Of a DNA stretch of 64,000 bases, positions 40,251-55,265 are shown piece by piece. Position 1 is the first letter of the stretch. Each line of letters begins with the position of its first letter. The DNA is taken from assembly GCF_009914755.1 (NCBI RefSeq), contig NC_060937.1; one strand, 5' to 3'. The notes under the pieces are model-generated. The model searched no databases, had not been told where the DNA came from, and saw only the letters and a program-made list of their open reading frames with translations. The DNA is from the human T2T-CHM13v2.0 reference genome, Homo sapiens. The position numbers and the translations under genes are program-made.

Positions 40251-42821
40251 GCAGAAAATTTGAGAACTTGGATTTAACCTCTTCTCTTTTTCACATCTAC
40301 TTTGATATTTAAATTTTGTATCTTTGTATTCTTTCAATAAGGCACAAGTTTATTAAACCCTACTATGTGCCATATATTGTATTCAGTGCTATGAAATTAC
40401 AAATTAAATGTGTAATTGATATTTTAATAAGTAATTATATTGCAAAAAGTTTTATAATTATAATTAGGGAGAAAATATTATGAAAATAAATGATTTTTGG
40501 AAGATAGGGGCCAACAACTTTTGAGAATATATAACCATTGAACAAGATTTTGAAAAATTGATGGAACTTCAGAAGTGTTCCTGATTTCAAGAATGAGAGA
40601 AAAAAAATTATTGGAGGTCATGTATGAATATGACATGACAGGATTATTTAGTAATTTTCTGTGGCTAAAGCTCAGAATGCTTAAGGGAGGTAGTTTTTGA
40701 AAATCTGAAGTGATAAACTGAGATAAAGAATCCTGTTTTTTTAATTCAAAATTGCTTGGAATATCTTGAATGCAATAAGAAAGCATCATTTTTTTAACAA
40801 CGAAGCTCATCTGCCTGCTCTTTATATGAAAACTTCCATTATAGTTGTACCTATAGAAAGCTGACCACAATCTATTCCAAAAAGCTACTGCTTAAAAGAA
40901 TGTTATGTTACCTGAAATAACAAAGAAAAAATAGAGCTATCTATGGAGAATCCAAGAATTCCTATAGGTATAGAGATGTATTCTGGTAATGCCTGAGTTA
41001 TCCAGCAACAATTTAGGAACTATTTGTTACATTGTATTTTTTGAATATGAAAATGTAGCCATACAACTTTTCTTGTAACAGGTAAATTTTAAGGCATGGA
41101 ATTATTTCGGACAGGTTTTAAATAAGAATAACAAATTTCTGTTTCTACAGGAGCTTAAGAGTTATTAACAATGCAAAAAAAGAATGCTCACTCATACCAA
41201 TTTGTACACTTTCTCTCGTTTTTCTTGCCACTTTTCTTGATCTACTTTTATTTTTCATCTTTGAGAGAGACACAAGGACAGAAAAAGATTGCACAATTAT
41301 AGTAAAGCACAACAGCACTATGTGGTAATTAATGATAACTGACATTTAAGATCATTTTTTTTAGGAATCCAATAGGTAATTATACAAACTTTGAGGAACT
41401 GGACATACACACTCAGTCTAAATAGCTCAGCCACCGCTCAGCTCTAAGCTGATTGCTGCCCAGCAGATATACAGACTTAGTTTTTTCCCTAGGTAATATT
41501 TTAGAGAACAGAGAGGAATAATAACAATTACATTTTTTAAATACATATATTTAAAAATGAACTTAAGTAAGCCCAATGGTTTGAACTTTAGGCCACTCAT
41601 TCAAGTTTTGAAATGGCCACAGGGCATTACTGCAGAAACTGAAATAAACTTTGTGCTGTCTTGAAAGTATCTGAAGGTAGTGACAGAAGAATGCCAAAAT
41701 AGAATAAAGGAAAATAAAATAAGAATTATATATGATTAATATTGCCAAGTTTTAGTTACTTTTATTCCACATTTACGCAATAAAAACTAACTTAATCAAA
41801 ACCCATCTCATTTTAACTTGATCATTGTGTGCAATATTTCTGCCAAGCCCTCAGTGAGCGAGCTACCAAAACAAAAACATTTAAAATGTAATATTATATT
41901 TTAATATACATTGCTTTCCTGAAGGTTTCTTCAGAAATGAAGAACAATGTCTATTAATGATAAAAGCATGTTTTTTTCACTTGTTAATTTGAGATAAAAT
42001 AAATTTAGACACATTCTTATTAAAATTCAAGCACAATATTTATCAGGAGAGTCACACAAATATATAAATTATTTTTATTTGTTGAATCATATACTGCTAA
42101 ACCCTCAAAATAATCCTAATTTTTAATCACATCATGCCACAACTTTTATTTTAGTTGACCTTTGGCTGAAGTGGTTAGGTTTGTGAATATGCTTGTCTAT
42201 GGAAAAGATGAAAAAAATTAAAATCCATGATGAAAATGCTAAAGATGCTATTCTATTAAAGTATTTAATAGACGAGCAAAGGAATAAAAATAATCCTTTA
42301 CTCTAGAATGTATTAGGAATCCTAAAATAACAAAAAAGATTTTTTGTTATACATTTTATTTTATTCTTGAAAATAATATAAATAAACATTTTAAGGAATT
42401 TTTACTGGCAAATGAAAAAATACCTCTCATTAAGATTAGATTTCACATTACACAAGAATTTCAAACATTTAAAATTCTGTATGAACATATCTGTGAAACA
42501 ATTAAAATTAATGTGGAGCTAATGGATTACGAATTTTAGGTCATGTGTCAAATTGAGAAATAATTCAAAGAGAGTGGAAGAGTTAAAAAATATGAAATTC
42601 ATTTTTAGCGTTGACAATGTTCTACCAGGAAAGGTTAGCCTGACTCTTACTTTCTTTTCCATAGCGTGTCTTGCCTGTGTACCTACAAAGCCACACTTGT
42701 GTGTTGTGTGCAATACGAAAATGCCACAAGGTCAATCATATTCTTTGAAAGTAAGACTCCAATATTTTTGTGGTGTTGGATATTGAAACAATAATAGAAC
42801 ATTAAAAGAATTCCAAACTTC

Positions 42822-43083
<262 letters not shown>

Positions 43084-44290
43084 TAATACATGTACATTAT
43101 ACATGTACATAGTATAAAGAATATATAGAATATGTAAATATAGTATTTACATATAGAAAAATGTATTATATATTTTTCTACAATTATTTGAAAATAAGAA
43201 ATTTAACAAATGTTTCCCTAACCTTTTAATCTTCCTGAGAGTTTGTTTCATTTTCTTAAATTTAGATGGGTGAGAATTATTTCTTCTATTATTTACTGTT
43301 TTATAATCCTAGCAACCCTCAGGTCCCAATAGCCTCAGTCCTATGCACAGAATAAAGCTGTATTAGTAAAGAATTGAGAAATTATTTGGATGTGGAAAAA
43401 GGACTGAAAAAAGCAAAAACTTAAAACTGCCAAGCACATATGCCTTGCCTACTGATAATATTGAAAGTATTAGTCAGTCTTCTACCACCATCTGGTGGTA
43501 ATCTGTGGTATGAGCCAAAGAAGATAATTCTGGTGTTAAGGTACAAATAAATTTCAATTTACAAGCATATTTTAAATGGATTATTTAACTTTATTATTAT
43601 GGAAATGTTAGATTTTTCTACCTCAAATGTTATTCTTATTTTTAAGTTTCAGAAAGTGGGACAAAAGATGTTCTTATTTTTGGGAGGTTTAACCGACAGT
43701 AATATATATTGGATAAACTAATAGCATTCACATTGTCCAAATAATAATTGTTTTTTCAATTCATTTGAAACATATCTAAGTTAATAAACTCTGTATGATT
43801 GGGAAATCATTTATTAAGGTAAAGGCTCTCTTAAAATAAGGTGTGTTTGTTTGATTTGTTTTATTGTTATTATGAGAGTTTTGAAACATAATACAATAGG
43901 CTACTAACTAAATATATGTAGAATATATAGTAAAATTTAACATGAAGAAAATACTGCTTTTAATTTATTATTAACCTTCTCTAGTGGGGCGTCATTTATA
44001 ACAAATGGATTGTAAATATTATGCAGCAGTCATATGATAATAGCATCTTATTGTCTGATTCCTTGCAACTCTAAGTCAAACAAGAGTTGAGAAAACATAA
44101 ATATAAAATTCAAACTTCTCAATGGTATTTTTTTAGCTGTAAAAGATCTTCTCCCTTTGCTCCTCACTGGTCAGCTTCCCAGGTAACAATTTTTCTTGAG
44201 AAAATGTGTATAGATCATAAAGGGAGAGAGGAGAGGCATGAATAATCTACTTTTTTTGTTTAGTGTTTTCAGAGTCTTCACTGGCCTCTC

Positions 44291-44652
44291 TGACATGGTT
44301 TGTCTGTGTCTCCACCCAAATATCATCTTGACTTGTAGCTCCCGTAATCCCCAAATGTCATGGGAGAGACCGGTGGGAGATAATTGAATCATGGGGGCGA
44401 TTTCTCCCATATTGTTCTCATGGTAGTGAATAAGTCTCATGAAATCTGCTGGTTTTATAAATGGAAGTATCCCTGCACAAGCTCTCTTGCAGACTGCCAT
44501 GGAAGATGTGACTTTGCTCCTCATTCGCCTTTCACAGTGATTGTGAAGCCTCCCCACCCATGTGGAACTGTAAGTCAATTAAACTGTTTTCCTATATAAA
44601 TTACCCAGTGTTGGGTATGTCTTTATTAGCAGCATGGTAACAGACTAATACA
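44291..44652 (+). mobile_element. THE1B 5' LTR
   Basis: tgacatggtttg...cagactaataca; preceded by TSD ctctc. Confidence 0.93.
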
Positions 44653-46260
44653 ATAAATTGGTACCTGTAAAGTGGGGTGCTGCTGTAAAGATACCCAAAA
44701 ATGTGGAGGCAACTTTGGAACTGGGTAACAGGCAGAGGTTGGAGCAGTTTGGAGGGCTCAGAAGAAGACAGAAAAATGTGGGAAATTTTGGAACTCCCAA
44801 GAGATGTGTTGAATGGCTTAGACCAAAATGCTGATAATGATATGGACAATGAAATCCGGGTTGAAGTGGTCTCAGACGGAGATGAGGAACTTGTTGGAAA
44901 CTGGAGCAAAGGTGACTCTTGTTATGCTTCAGCAAAAAGACTTCTGACATTTTGTCGCTGCCCTAGAGACTTATGGAAATTAGAACTTGAGAGAGTTGAT
45001 TTAGGGCATCTGGCAAAAGAAATTTCTAAGCAGCAAAGCATTCAAAATGTGACTTGGGTGCTATTAAAAGTACTCAGTTATATATATTCCCAAATATATG
45101 GTTTGGAATTGTAACTTATGTTTACAAGGGAAGTAGAGCATAAAGTTAAAAAAATTTGCAGCCTGATGATGCGATATAAAAGAAAAACCCATTTTCTGAG
45201 GAGAAATTCAACCAGACTGCATAAATCTGCATAAGTAGCAAGGAGCCTAATGATAATCACCAAGACAATGGGGAAAATGTCTCCAGGGCATGTCAGAGAC
45301 CTTCATACCAGGCCCTCTCTTCACAGACCAAGAGGCCTAGGAGAAAAAAAAAGGTTTAGCGGACACATTCCAGGGTCTCCCTGCTCTGTGCAGCCTAAGG
45401 ACTTGGTGCCTGCATCTCAGCTGCTTCAGCCATAGCTAATAGGGGCCGAGATACAGCTCAGGCCATGGCTTCAAAGGGTGTGAGCCCCAAGCCTTGTCAG
45501 CTTCCATATGGTATTGAGCCTGAAGGTGCACAGAAGTCAAGAACTGAGGTTAGGGAACCTCCACCTAGATTTCAGAGGATGTATGGAAACACCTGGATGT
45601 CTAGGCAGAAGTTTGCTGCAGGGGCAGGGCCCTAGTGGAAAACCTCTCCTAGGGCAGTGCAGAAGGGAAATGTGGGGTTGGAGCTTCCACACAGAGTCCC
45701 CACTAGGGCACTGCCTAGTGGAGCTGTGAGAAGAGAGCCACTGTCCTCCAGACCCCAGAATGGTAGATTCACTGACAGCTTGCACCGTGTGCCTGGAAAA
45801 GCCACAGACACTCAATGCCAGCCAGTGAAATCAGCCAGGAGGGGAACTGTGCCCTGCAAAGCCACAGGGGCAGAGCTGCCCAAGGCCATGGCAGCCCCTC
45901 TCTTGCATCAGTGTGCCTTGGATGTGAGACATAGTGTAAAAGGAGATCATTTTAGAGATTTAAGATTTGACTGCCCCACTGGAATTCAGACTTTTATGGG
46001 GCCTGTAGCCCCTTCGTTTTGGCCAATTTATTTCGGTATTGACTCAATGCCTTACCCCCATTGTATCTAGGAAGTAACTAACTTGCTTTTCACTTTACAG
46101 GCTTATAGGCAGAAGGGACTTGCGCTGTCTCAGAAGAGACTTTGGACTGTGAACTTTTGAGTTAATGATGAAATGGGTTATGACTTTGGAGGACTGGTGG
46201 AAAGACATAATTGGTTTTGAAATGTAAGGACATGATATTTTGGGGAAGCCAGGGGCAAAA
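44653..46260 (+). mobile_element. THE1-int internal region (MaLR) with broken ORF remnants
   Basis: taaattggtacc...gatacccaaaaatgtggaggcaactttggaactgggtaac; ends in purine tract ggggaagccaggggcaaaa; ORFs at 44701 and 45657 are its fragments. Confidence 0.93.
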
Positions 46261-46624
46261 TGACATGGTTTGGCTATGTCCCCACCCAAATCACATCTTG
46301 AATTGTAGCTCCCATAATGCCTATGTATCATGGGAGGGACCTGGGGGTAGATAATTGAATCATGGGAGAAGTTTCCTCCCATACTATTCTTGTGGTAGTG
46401 AATAAGTCTCACAAGATCTGATGGTTTTATAAATGGGAGTTCCCCTGAACAAGCTCTCTTTTCTGCCACCATGTAAGACGTGACTTTGCTATTCATTCGC
46501 ATTCTGTCATGATTGTGAGGCTTCCCCAGCCATGTGGAACTGTGAGTCAATCAAACCTCTTTTCTTTATAAATCACTCAGTCTTAATTATGTCTTTATTA
46601 GCAGTGTGAGAACAGACTAATACA
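46261..46624 (+). mobile_element. THE1B 3' LTR
   Basis: tgacatggtttggc...aacagactaataca; followed by TSD ctctg. Confidence 0.93.
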
Positions 46625-47463
46625 CTCTGCTAAGATATGCTTCATGCAACTATATAAGTATGTGTTCTGTGCTAATATGATAAAAGGCAACAGCTTTTGC
46701 CTAACATGGGGGCATTGTGATGGGAACTGCTACTGAAATCTGCCACCCCAAATGGAGTCATTATTCATGAGGTTTCCCAAATTTGATTCTCATTATCTCC
46801 AATCTTAGGCCATTCCATCGAAGATTCTTTCTGCACTCTGAGTTTCCTCTGCAAATCACATAGGAAGTTCTGGATCATCTGAGTGTTAATCTTAGGCTGT
46901 TGAGGATGTAAAATTATCACTCAGGATCATTTTTAGAGACATTATCTATGAATATGCCAGTTCTGAACTCCTGACAGATGACAAGTTGGACAACACTGAA
47001 GATGTGCTTCATAGCCCAGTGGAATGAGAATAAGTGGAGCGCTATCAAAAAGTCATACTTGTGTTGGTCTCTTTCTGGATTCTCTTCTGGTCCATTCATC
47101 TATGTGCCTATCTCTCTGTTTGCAAATATACAATTTTTGTTGACTGTAGGTTTAATACTAAATGTTCTTAAAATTGTGTAATGCTTATTTTCAAACATTG
47201 TTGTATTTCAAAATTATTGTCACTAATAATTTTGTCTAATTCCTTTTCTTTTCCTTATATATTTTAGATTCTGTTTCTGTATGTCTACAAAACTTCGTGG
47301 GATTTTGGGATTTTCACATATATTGCATTAAGACTAAAGATTGGTTTGGGCAGAACTGACATCTTTACTGTGTTGAATTTTCCATAGTATTTATCTCTGT
47401 TTATATAAGCCTTCTGTAATATTCAAAATATTTTATTTTATATTTTTGGAGTTATAAATGGTA

Positions 47464-47763
47464 TTTTATTTTATTATTTATTCATTTATTTATTTTGAGA
47501 CAGACTCACTCTGTCGCCCAGGCTGGAGTGCTGTGGTGTGATCTCGGCTCACTGTAGCCTTGACTTCCTGGGCTCTAGCTATCCTCCCACATCTGACACC
47601 CAAATAGCTAGGACCACAGGCGCTCACCCCCATGCCCAGCTAACTTTTTTTTTTTTTTTGTAGAGATGGAGTTTCATCATGTTGCCCAGGGCTCAAGCAA
47701 TGTGTCCACCTCAGCCTCCCAATATGCTGGGATTATAATAGGTATGAGCCACTGTTTCTGGCC
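47464..47763 (-). mobile_element. AluJ
   Basis: cctgggctc...atcctccc J-type; TSD ataaatggta on both sides. Confidence 0.92.
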
Positions 47764-49272
47764 AATAAATGGTACTTTTAAAAGTATGGTTTCCAATTGT
47801 TTATTGCTTGAATATGGAAGTATGATTAATTTTAGTATGATCACATTGTATTTGGTAGCTTTACTAAAGTTACTTATCATGTCTAGGAAAGTTTTTGTAT
47901 ATTCCTGGGATTTCTCTATAAAAAAGAATGTCATTTGTTAATGGGAGTAATTTTATCTCTACTTTGCAAACTTTACTTTTTTAATTTCTTTTTCTTGTCT
48001 ATTGTTTTGACTAAGATTTAGAGTCTTATGATAAATAGGAGTAGTGAGACTGGATAGTATCAGCTTGTTCCTGATCTAGAAAAAGCATTCTCTCATTCAC
48101 TATTAAAATGGTATTTGCAGTAAGTATGCTGCAGATGCCAATTACTGAGTTAAATAAGTTTCTTTCTTTTTAAACTTGAATGCTTAGAGTTTTTACAATA
48201 AGTGGGTGTTTAATTTTGTCAAATGTTTTATCTACATTTATTGATACAATTATGTTTTATTTTCTTTAAATTATTAACATGGTGAATTACACAGATTAAT
48301 TTTTGTAAATTGAGCCAATGTTACATTATTGCAAGAACTCCACTTGGCCATGATGTATTCTGTCATTATTTGCTTTGCATATTTTGAAGTTCAGTTATTG
48401 GTGCACACATAGTTAGGATCATCATAATCTTCTTCGTGAAATGACCATTTTATCAATAGGTAATATTCTTCTTTATCCCTGCGCATTTATATTATTAACT
48501 CTGAAGTCCACTTTAACTGATGTTAGTATACTCACTCTATTTTTCTTTTAATTAATACTTGCTTGATATATCTTCTTCTATCTTTATTTTATAACATATT
48601 ATATCTGAAATTATTTTTTGTAGAAAACATATAGTTGGGTCATTTTTAAAAGTCTAATCTGACAGTATGTTGTATTTAGAACACATATTTAATGTAATTA
48701 CTTAAATATTTGGATATAGGTCTATCATTTCATCATATGTTTTCTGTGTGTTCATTTGTTTGTGTTTCCCCTCTTTGAAGGCTCCACCCAGCTTTTGGAT
48801 TATTTGAATGTTTTAGGATTCTATGCTAATTGATCTATCATGATTTTGAAAATATCTCTGTTTATATATTTTAATGGCTGTTCTAGTGATTAAATAGTAA
48901 TAGTTAACTCCCCAATATCTAACTGCACTTAGTAGTTTACAACTTCTTTTTTGAATGTGGAAACCTTACTGCAGCAATAGAGATTTTCCTCTACCCCATC
49001 TATGCTATAACATTTTATGTAATACATCTACATTTATTGAAATATTGATACTCATTCAATAATACTACTTTTTTTGCCTTAAACCATAAAACTTTTTAAA
49101 AACTCAAGAGGAGAATAATCTGTTATATTTGTATAGATATTTACTGTTCTGCTGCTCTTCTTTTATTTCTAATATTTTTTGTTTCTTCTGGTATAACTTG
49201 TGTTCTTTTTGAAGAACATAATTTAGCAATTTCTTTTAGTGTAGGTATAATGCCTACAATTATTTTACAGTT

Positions 49273-49653
49273 TGTCATAGTTTCTTTTGTGTTGCTAAAA
49301 CAGAATACCACAGACTGAGTAATTTATAATGAACAGACATTTATTTGGCTCACAGTTCTGGAGGCTGTAAAGTCTAAGAGCCTGGCACCAGCATCTGGCA
49401 AGGGCCTTTGTGCTACATTATCCCATGGCCGAAGGGCACGGGAGTATGAGAGCAAGAAGTGTCAAAACCTGCTTTTATAAGAAAGCCACTCTCACAATAA
49501 CTAACCCATTTCCACCATAACAAAATTAATGCATTCATGAGGTCAGAGCTCTCATGGCATAAGCACTTCTTATCAGGACACACCTCTCACCACTGTTGCA
49601 TTGGAAATTAAGTTTCTGGCACATGAACTTTGGATGACATTCACACCATTGTA
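49273..49653 (-). mobile_element. MSTC/D-like MaLR solo LTR
   Basis: tgttgctaaaacagaataccacagactgagtaatttata...acagttctggaggctg...cacatgaactttg. Confidence 0.8.
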
Positions 49654-50839
49654 GGTTTCATTCATCTAAGAATGCATTTCTCTCTTCTTGAAGAATATTG
49701 TCACAGGACGGCAATCTTGGAGGAGCAAAGACACAGCAAGAAATGACAGGGTTATGAAGAAAATTGAGGATGGTAGTCAAGATGATAGAAGAAAAAAAAC
49801 TAAAAAAAATAGGATCAATTATTCACAGTTCATGGGAAGTTTCCATTTGAATTCACTAATAATGGAGCAGGATACAAGTAGGTCTCCATGGAATAAGCAA
49901 AGAGATAGTGAACAAAATCTATGTGGGAATGCTAGAGAGGCAATCTGATGGAAGTATATAGTGCAGTTTAAACTGTGTGGAAAATTCTCCTTTTGGGCCA
50001 CCTCAGTGAGAAGAAAAAGGAATTATTAGTAAAATTGCGTTTATTGAGCCAAGAAGAAGCCACTATGTTAATGTTTCTAGAATCCATTTATATTATAGTA
50101 TAAACATTTGATATTACCAATAAAGAACTTCTTATTTATTAACTGCTCAAAAAATAACTGCAACTATTGTTATTGTGTGTTTATCTTATTTATGTAATAA
50201 GGTACAATTTTCCTTTGAAATATTGTATTTTGAAATTAAATAACTGAATTTCCTTTGTAATTAAGTTATTAAGAGCAGCTTACGTTTATAAAGACAGTGT
50301 TCACTAAAACTCTGTGTGAAAACAAGGAGAGAAATCATAAATCTTAATGCAAGCTTGGTAGATAAAGCTGTAACTATGATCTAAAAGCTAAAATATTTTG
50401 TTTTAGAAGTGGGTTATCATAGCATGAAATAATATTAAGCATTTAGGGAATGCTGATAAAAATACATAAAAATGTTAAATATAGATTATTTTGAGTTCTG
50501 GGGAAAATATTGGTTTCATAAATTCTTTTCTGCTTTTGTGACTTTCCTACATATTTTTTCAATGAACATTTGCTATCTATAAAATTGGACAAATCTATTT
50601 GTTAAAGATCAGATGGAAGGTATTACTATAAGCAAGGGTTTTTAGATGCATTATCAACATTCTTTTTAGGGTAGAGGACTTATTGTTCCAATTTTATAAA
50701 TAAACAAACTGAATGCCATAGAAGATAATTTGTCAAAGGATAGACTAAGGATCAGAATTGTGATACTTACTTTTCCAACAGTGCTCTACTGGGTTACTCC
50801 TATTGGGGTATAATCTCGGGTAGAATCAACTAAAAAGCT

Positions 50840-53800
50840 GTCCATAAAACTTTCTGGAAATGCCACTTCAGGAAGATGAAGATGAACCATTCTCTATTAT
50901 TTCTACTAAGTACAACCAAAAATCCTAGACACTATATACAACAAAAACATAAGAAAACTTTTAAAAAAGGAGAGTTTGAAGAATGGTATGGTGGTGAATT
51001 TCTGAGTTTTCTCTTTTCCCATATATCCCAGACTTAAAACAAGGAGTGAGCAAGCTGGAAAAAACCAAAGGCACAAGCAAAAATAGTCTTAATAAAGACC
51101 TCCTCTCTCTAGCCAAAGGAACAGGAAAGGAGCAACCTGGAAACACAGAAAACTTCTAGACAGTAACTCTCCATACTGTAGCAGAAAAACCCACAGGAAT
51201 GAAATATGGGATACCACTACAGACCTTGCAGATACTAAAAGTATAGTGGGATACTTTGAATAAATCTGCATAGTTAAATTGGACAGCTTTGATAAAACTA
51301 TTCCTAAAAAAAAAAAAATTCCACAACTCACTCACTTTGAAATAGATAACATGAATAGCCTTATAACAATTAAAGAAAATAAATTTATCATTTAATACCA
51401 CCCACCTCCTCCTGCTCCCCCTAAAAAAACCCTCTAGTCCAAATGTTGTTAAAGAAACACAACAATTATACACAATGTTTCTGAAAAATTAGAAGTGAAA
51501 ATAAAGCTTCAAAATCTATCATATAAAGCTAGTATTACTCTGATATCAAAGTCAGACAAAGGGAATACACAAAAATTAAACTATTGACCAATATGCCCTC
51601 TTGAATGTAGGAGAAAAATCCTTAATAAAATATTAGCCATAAAATAAACCAACATATAGAAAGAATTATACCTCTTGAGCAAATAGGATTTATTTTAGTC
51701 ATCAAAGTCTGGTTCAACATTTGAAAATCAATAAATACTATTGACCATGTTAACAAGTAAAAGAGGAAATGGATGGTCACACTAATTGATGCAGAAGAAA
51801 ATTTGTTTTCAAGATTAAACACCTATTCGTAATGCAAAATAACAACAAAAAATACATACACACAACACTAAATGAAACAAAAATACCTCTTAGAAAAATA
51901 GAAAGAGAGAGGAACTTACCCAACTCGATAAAAGAGCATGTAATATACAGAAATACGAACACCCTACCCTTTGCTTAATTGTGAAAGACTAAATGATTTT
52001 CTTCTAAGATGGGTATAGGGCAAAGTTGTCATCTCCCACTATAATTATTCAATATAGTGCTGAAAGTTCTAGCCAGTGCAATAAGAAATATGGAAATAAA
52101 AGGGATACAAATTAGAAAAAAAAAACATATAAGACTATTTGCTCATAACATGATTTTCTACATAGACGTTCCTGATTATGTAAAACACACAAACAGAACT
52201 TCCTAGAACTAATAAGTTAGTCGAGCACGATTGTAAGATATAAGACAAATATGTAAAAAGCTATCATAAATATCTAAATGTAAGAAATAAAATTATAAAA
52301 CTCTTAGAAGAAAAACTTGGGGAAAAACCTTCAGAACATTAAATTTGGCAATTATTTCTTAGAGATGACTCCAAAAACATAAGCAACAAGGCAAAAAGAA
52401 ATAGACATACTGGACTTCATTAAAATTACCAGCTTAAAAGACACCATCAGTAGAGTAAAAAGGCAACCAACAGAACGAGTGAAAGTATTTGCAAATTGCA
52501 TGCTTGATAAGTGATTAATATGTAGAATATATGAAAACCCCAAAACTCCGCAACAGAAGCACACATCCCAATTAAAAAATGGTCACAGAACGGGAATAGA
52601 CATTTATCTGTAGAATACATAAAGATGGCCAATATGTACATGAAAAAAATCACTAGTAATTAGGGAAATGTAAATCAAAACTATGATGAGATATCATTTT
52701 ACACACATTAAAATGGCTATTATTTTAAATAAAAACAGAAAATAACAAGTGCTGGTGAGAATGTGGAGAAATTGGAAGCTTCGTGCATTGTTGGTGGGAA
52801 GGAAAAATGGTGCAGCCAGTGTTGAACACACTTTAATGGTTCCTCAGAAAACTAAAATTATAATTAGCATGTGACTCAGTAGTTCATTTCTATGTATATA
52901 CACAAGATAATTCAAAACAAGGACTCAAACAGATACTTATAGGCCACAGTTCATTGCAAAATTATTCACAGCAGGCAAAAGATGGAAACAACTCCTGTTT
53001 CCATCAATAGATGAATGAAAACCAAAATGTAGTATATACATACAATGGGGTATTATTCAGCCATAAACAGGAATGAAGTTCTCATACATGCTACAATTGG
53101 GATGAACTTTGGAAACATCCTAAGTAAAATAATCCAGACACAAAAAGACACATATTGTTTAATTCCAATTATATGAAGTAAGGATCCAGAGTAGGCAAAT
53201 TTATAGAGACAAAATAAATTAAAGATTACCATTGGCTGTAGAGAAGAATTGGGAATTGTCTTTTAATGATTACAAGGCTTCTGTTTGTGATGATGAAGAA
53301 GTTTTGCAAATAGCTAATGAAAATGTTTGTTAACATTGTAAATCCAATTAATGCTACTCAATTGTATATCTAAATGGTTAACATGGCAAATTTTATAATA
53401 TATTATGTATATATAATACAAAATTAAAATTCAGTTTGTATTTCTATATGCCATCAGTAAACGTGGAGACTGAAATTTAAAATGCAATAGTATTTACAAT
53501 AATTAAACAAATTAAATACTTAATATGCACATCTAACAAAACACATACAGGAATTTTATTTAGAAAACTTAGAAGATCAATGAAAGAAATCAAAGATTAG
53601 CTAAATAAATGAAGAGACAAATAGTGTACATGGATTAGAAGTGTCAGCCTAATAAAGATATCAGTTTTCCCCAAGTTGATATGCAAGTTTAATGCAAGTC
53701 TTATCAAAATCCCAGGAAGATTAATTTTTGTACATAAATATGCAATAGGCAAACATACTATAGACAAGATTATTCTAAAACTTGTATAGAAAGGCAAAGA

Positions 53801-55265
53801 AACCAGAAATGGTAAAAATAATTTAAAAAAAGAAAAATAAAGTGGGAGGAATAATCTACTCAATCGACTTGTTTTATTAGGAGGTGAGACACATAGATCA
53901 ATGGAACACAATTAAGAAACAAGAAATAGACCTGTACAAATATGCCTGATTTATTTTTGACAAAAGAACAATAACAACTCCATAAAGAAAATATGGCCTT
54001 TCAACAAATTTTACTTAAAAATTAGATATCCATAGCCAAATTAAAGAAAAAATTATGTCTTGTGCAAAAGTTAACTCAAAATGAGTTATGTCCATTAGTT
54101 ATGAGGTGAAACCATACATTATAAATGAAAAATTAAAAATATAAACGTTTCAGAAAGAAGTATAAGAGAATAATATGTGGACCTATGTTTAGGCAAAAAA
54201 TGTAATTAGACTTGATACTAAGCATAATTCATAAATAAAAAAATTTAATATACATTTTGCTTAATCAAAAAAAACCTTTTGCTCTAAGAAAGACCCTATT
54301 AAGAGCCACATCTTGGAAAAAATGTTTGCAAATCATATATTCAACAAAATGTTAGTATCTGGAATAAATAAACAACCCTCAAAATTCATGAGTTAAAAAA
54401 AAATGAAAATCTGATTAGAAAATGGGCAAAAGAGACAAAGAGACATTTCACTGAAATGTCAAATAAGGACAAATAAACACATGAAGATCCTCATCATTTC
54501 CCATTAGGGCAATGCAAATAAACCACAATGAGATATTAGCACACACCTATGAGAAGGGGTATAATTAAAAATGGATGATATTAATAAATACTAGAGAAAT
54601 GAAAAGCAAATGGATCATTTATATGCTGATGGTGGGAATGTATATTAGTACAGTTATTGTGGACGATTGGCAGTTTCTCATAAAACTGAATATGCAGCTA
54701 CCATATAATTCGGCTATAACATTCTTAAACATTTATCCCAAAGAAATCAAGCCTTATGTTGACACAAAACATGTACATGATTGTATATAGCAGCTTTATT
54801 CACAATAGTCAATAACCAGAAACTACCTAGATGTTTGTACATGGGTGAATGACTAAACAAACTGTAGTAGATCCGTATCATGGAACACTATTCAGCAATG
54901 TGAAGCAGTCACCCATTGGTACATATAAAAACCTGGATGAATCCCCAGAGGATTATGCTTAGTGAAAAAAAAAACCAATACCAAAAGGTTACATAGTGCA
55001 TGATTCCATTAACGTAGCATTTATTGTTTAAATGACTAAATTATAGACATAGAGAAAAGATGAGTGGTTGTCTGGGTTTAAGGAAGGAATGGAGATGGGA
55101 AATTGGCATGGTTATAAACAGACAAAATGAGGGATCCTTGTGGTGATGGAAATATTCTTTATCTTTATTTTTTCACTGTCAATTTCCTGATTGTAATATT
55201 GTCCTATAATTTTATAATATCTCACTTATGAGGGAAATTGGGCAACTGCAGGTACACAGATCATA
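50840..55265 (+). mobile_element. L1MC1-like element, internally deleted (5' piece, ORF2 pieces, 3'UTR)
   Basis: L1M ORF2 motifs and 3'UTR gagggatccttgtggtgatggaaat; interrupted at ~52265-53430. Confidence 0.75.
52265..53430 (+). mobile_element. L1MB-like 3' segment nested in the L1MC
   Basis: ctaaatgtaag...ctcttagaagaaaa to ggactcaaacagatactt...aaatggttaacatggcaaatttta; host L1 resumes at tcagtttgtatttctata. Confidence 0.75.

Larger units (their letters stand above)
47040..49710 (-). mobile_element. Old L1M (ORF2 and upstream fragments) with nested AluJ and MST
   Basis: ttgggcagaactgacatcttt, ggagtagtgagactgga, tttgcatattttgaag reverse L1 motifs. Confidence 0.7.

Noticed and set aside
44701-46070. 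137-aa ORFs in the THE1 internal region as a novel gene
   Set aside because: They are fragments of the standard MaLR internal ORF, broken by stops and frameshifts
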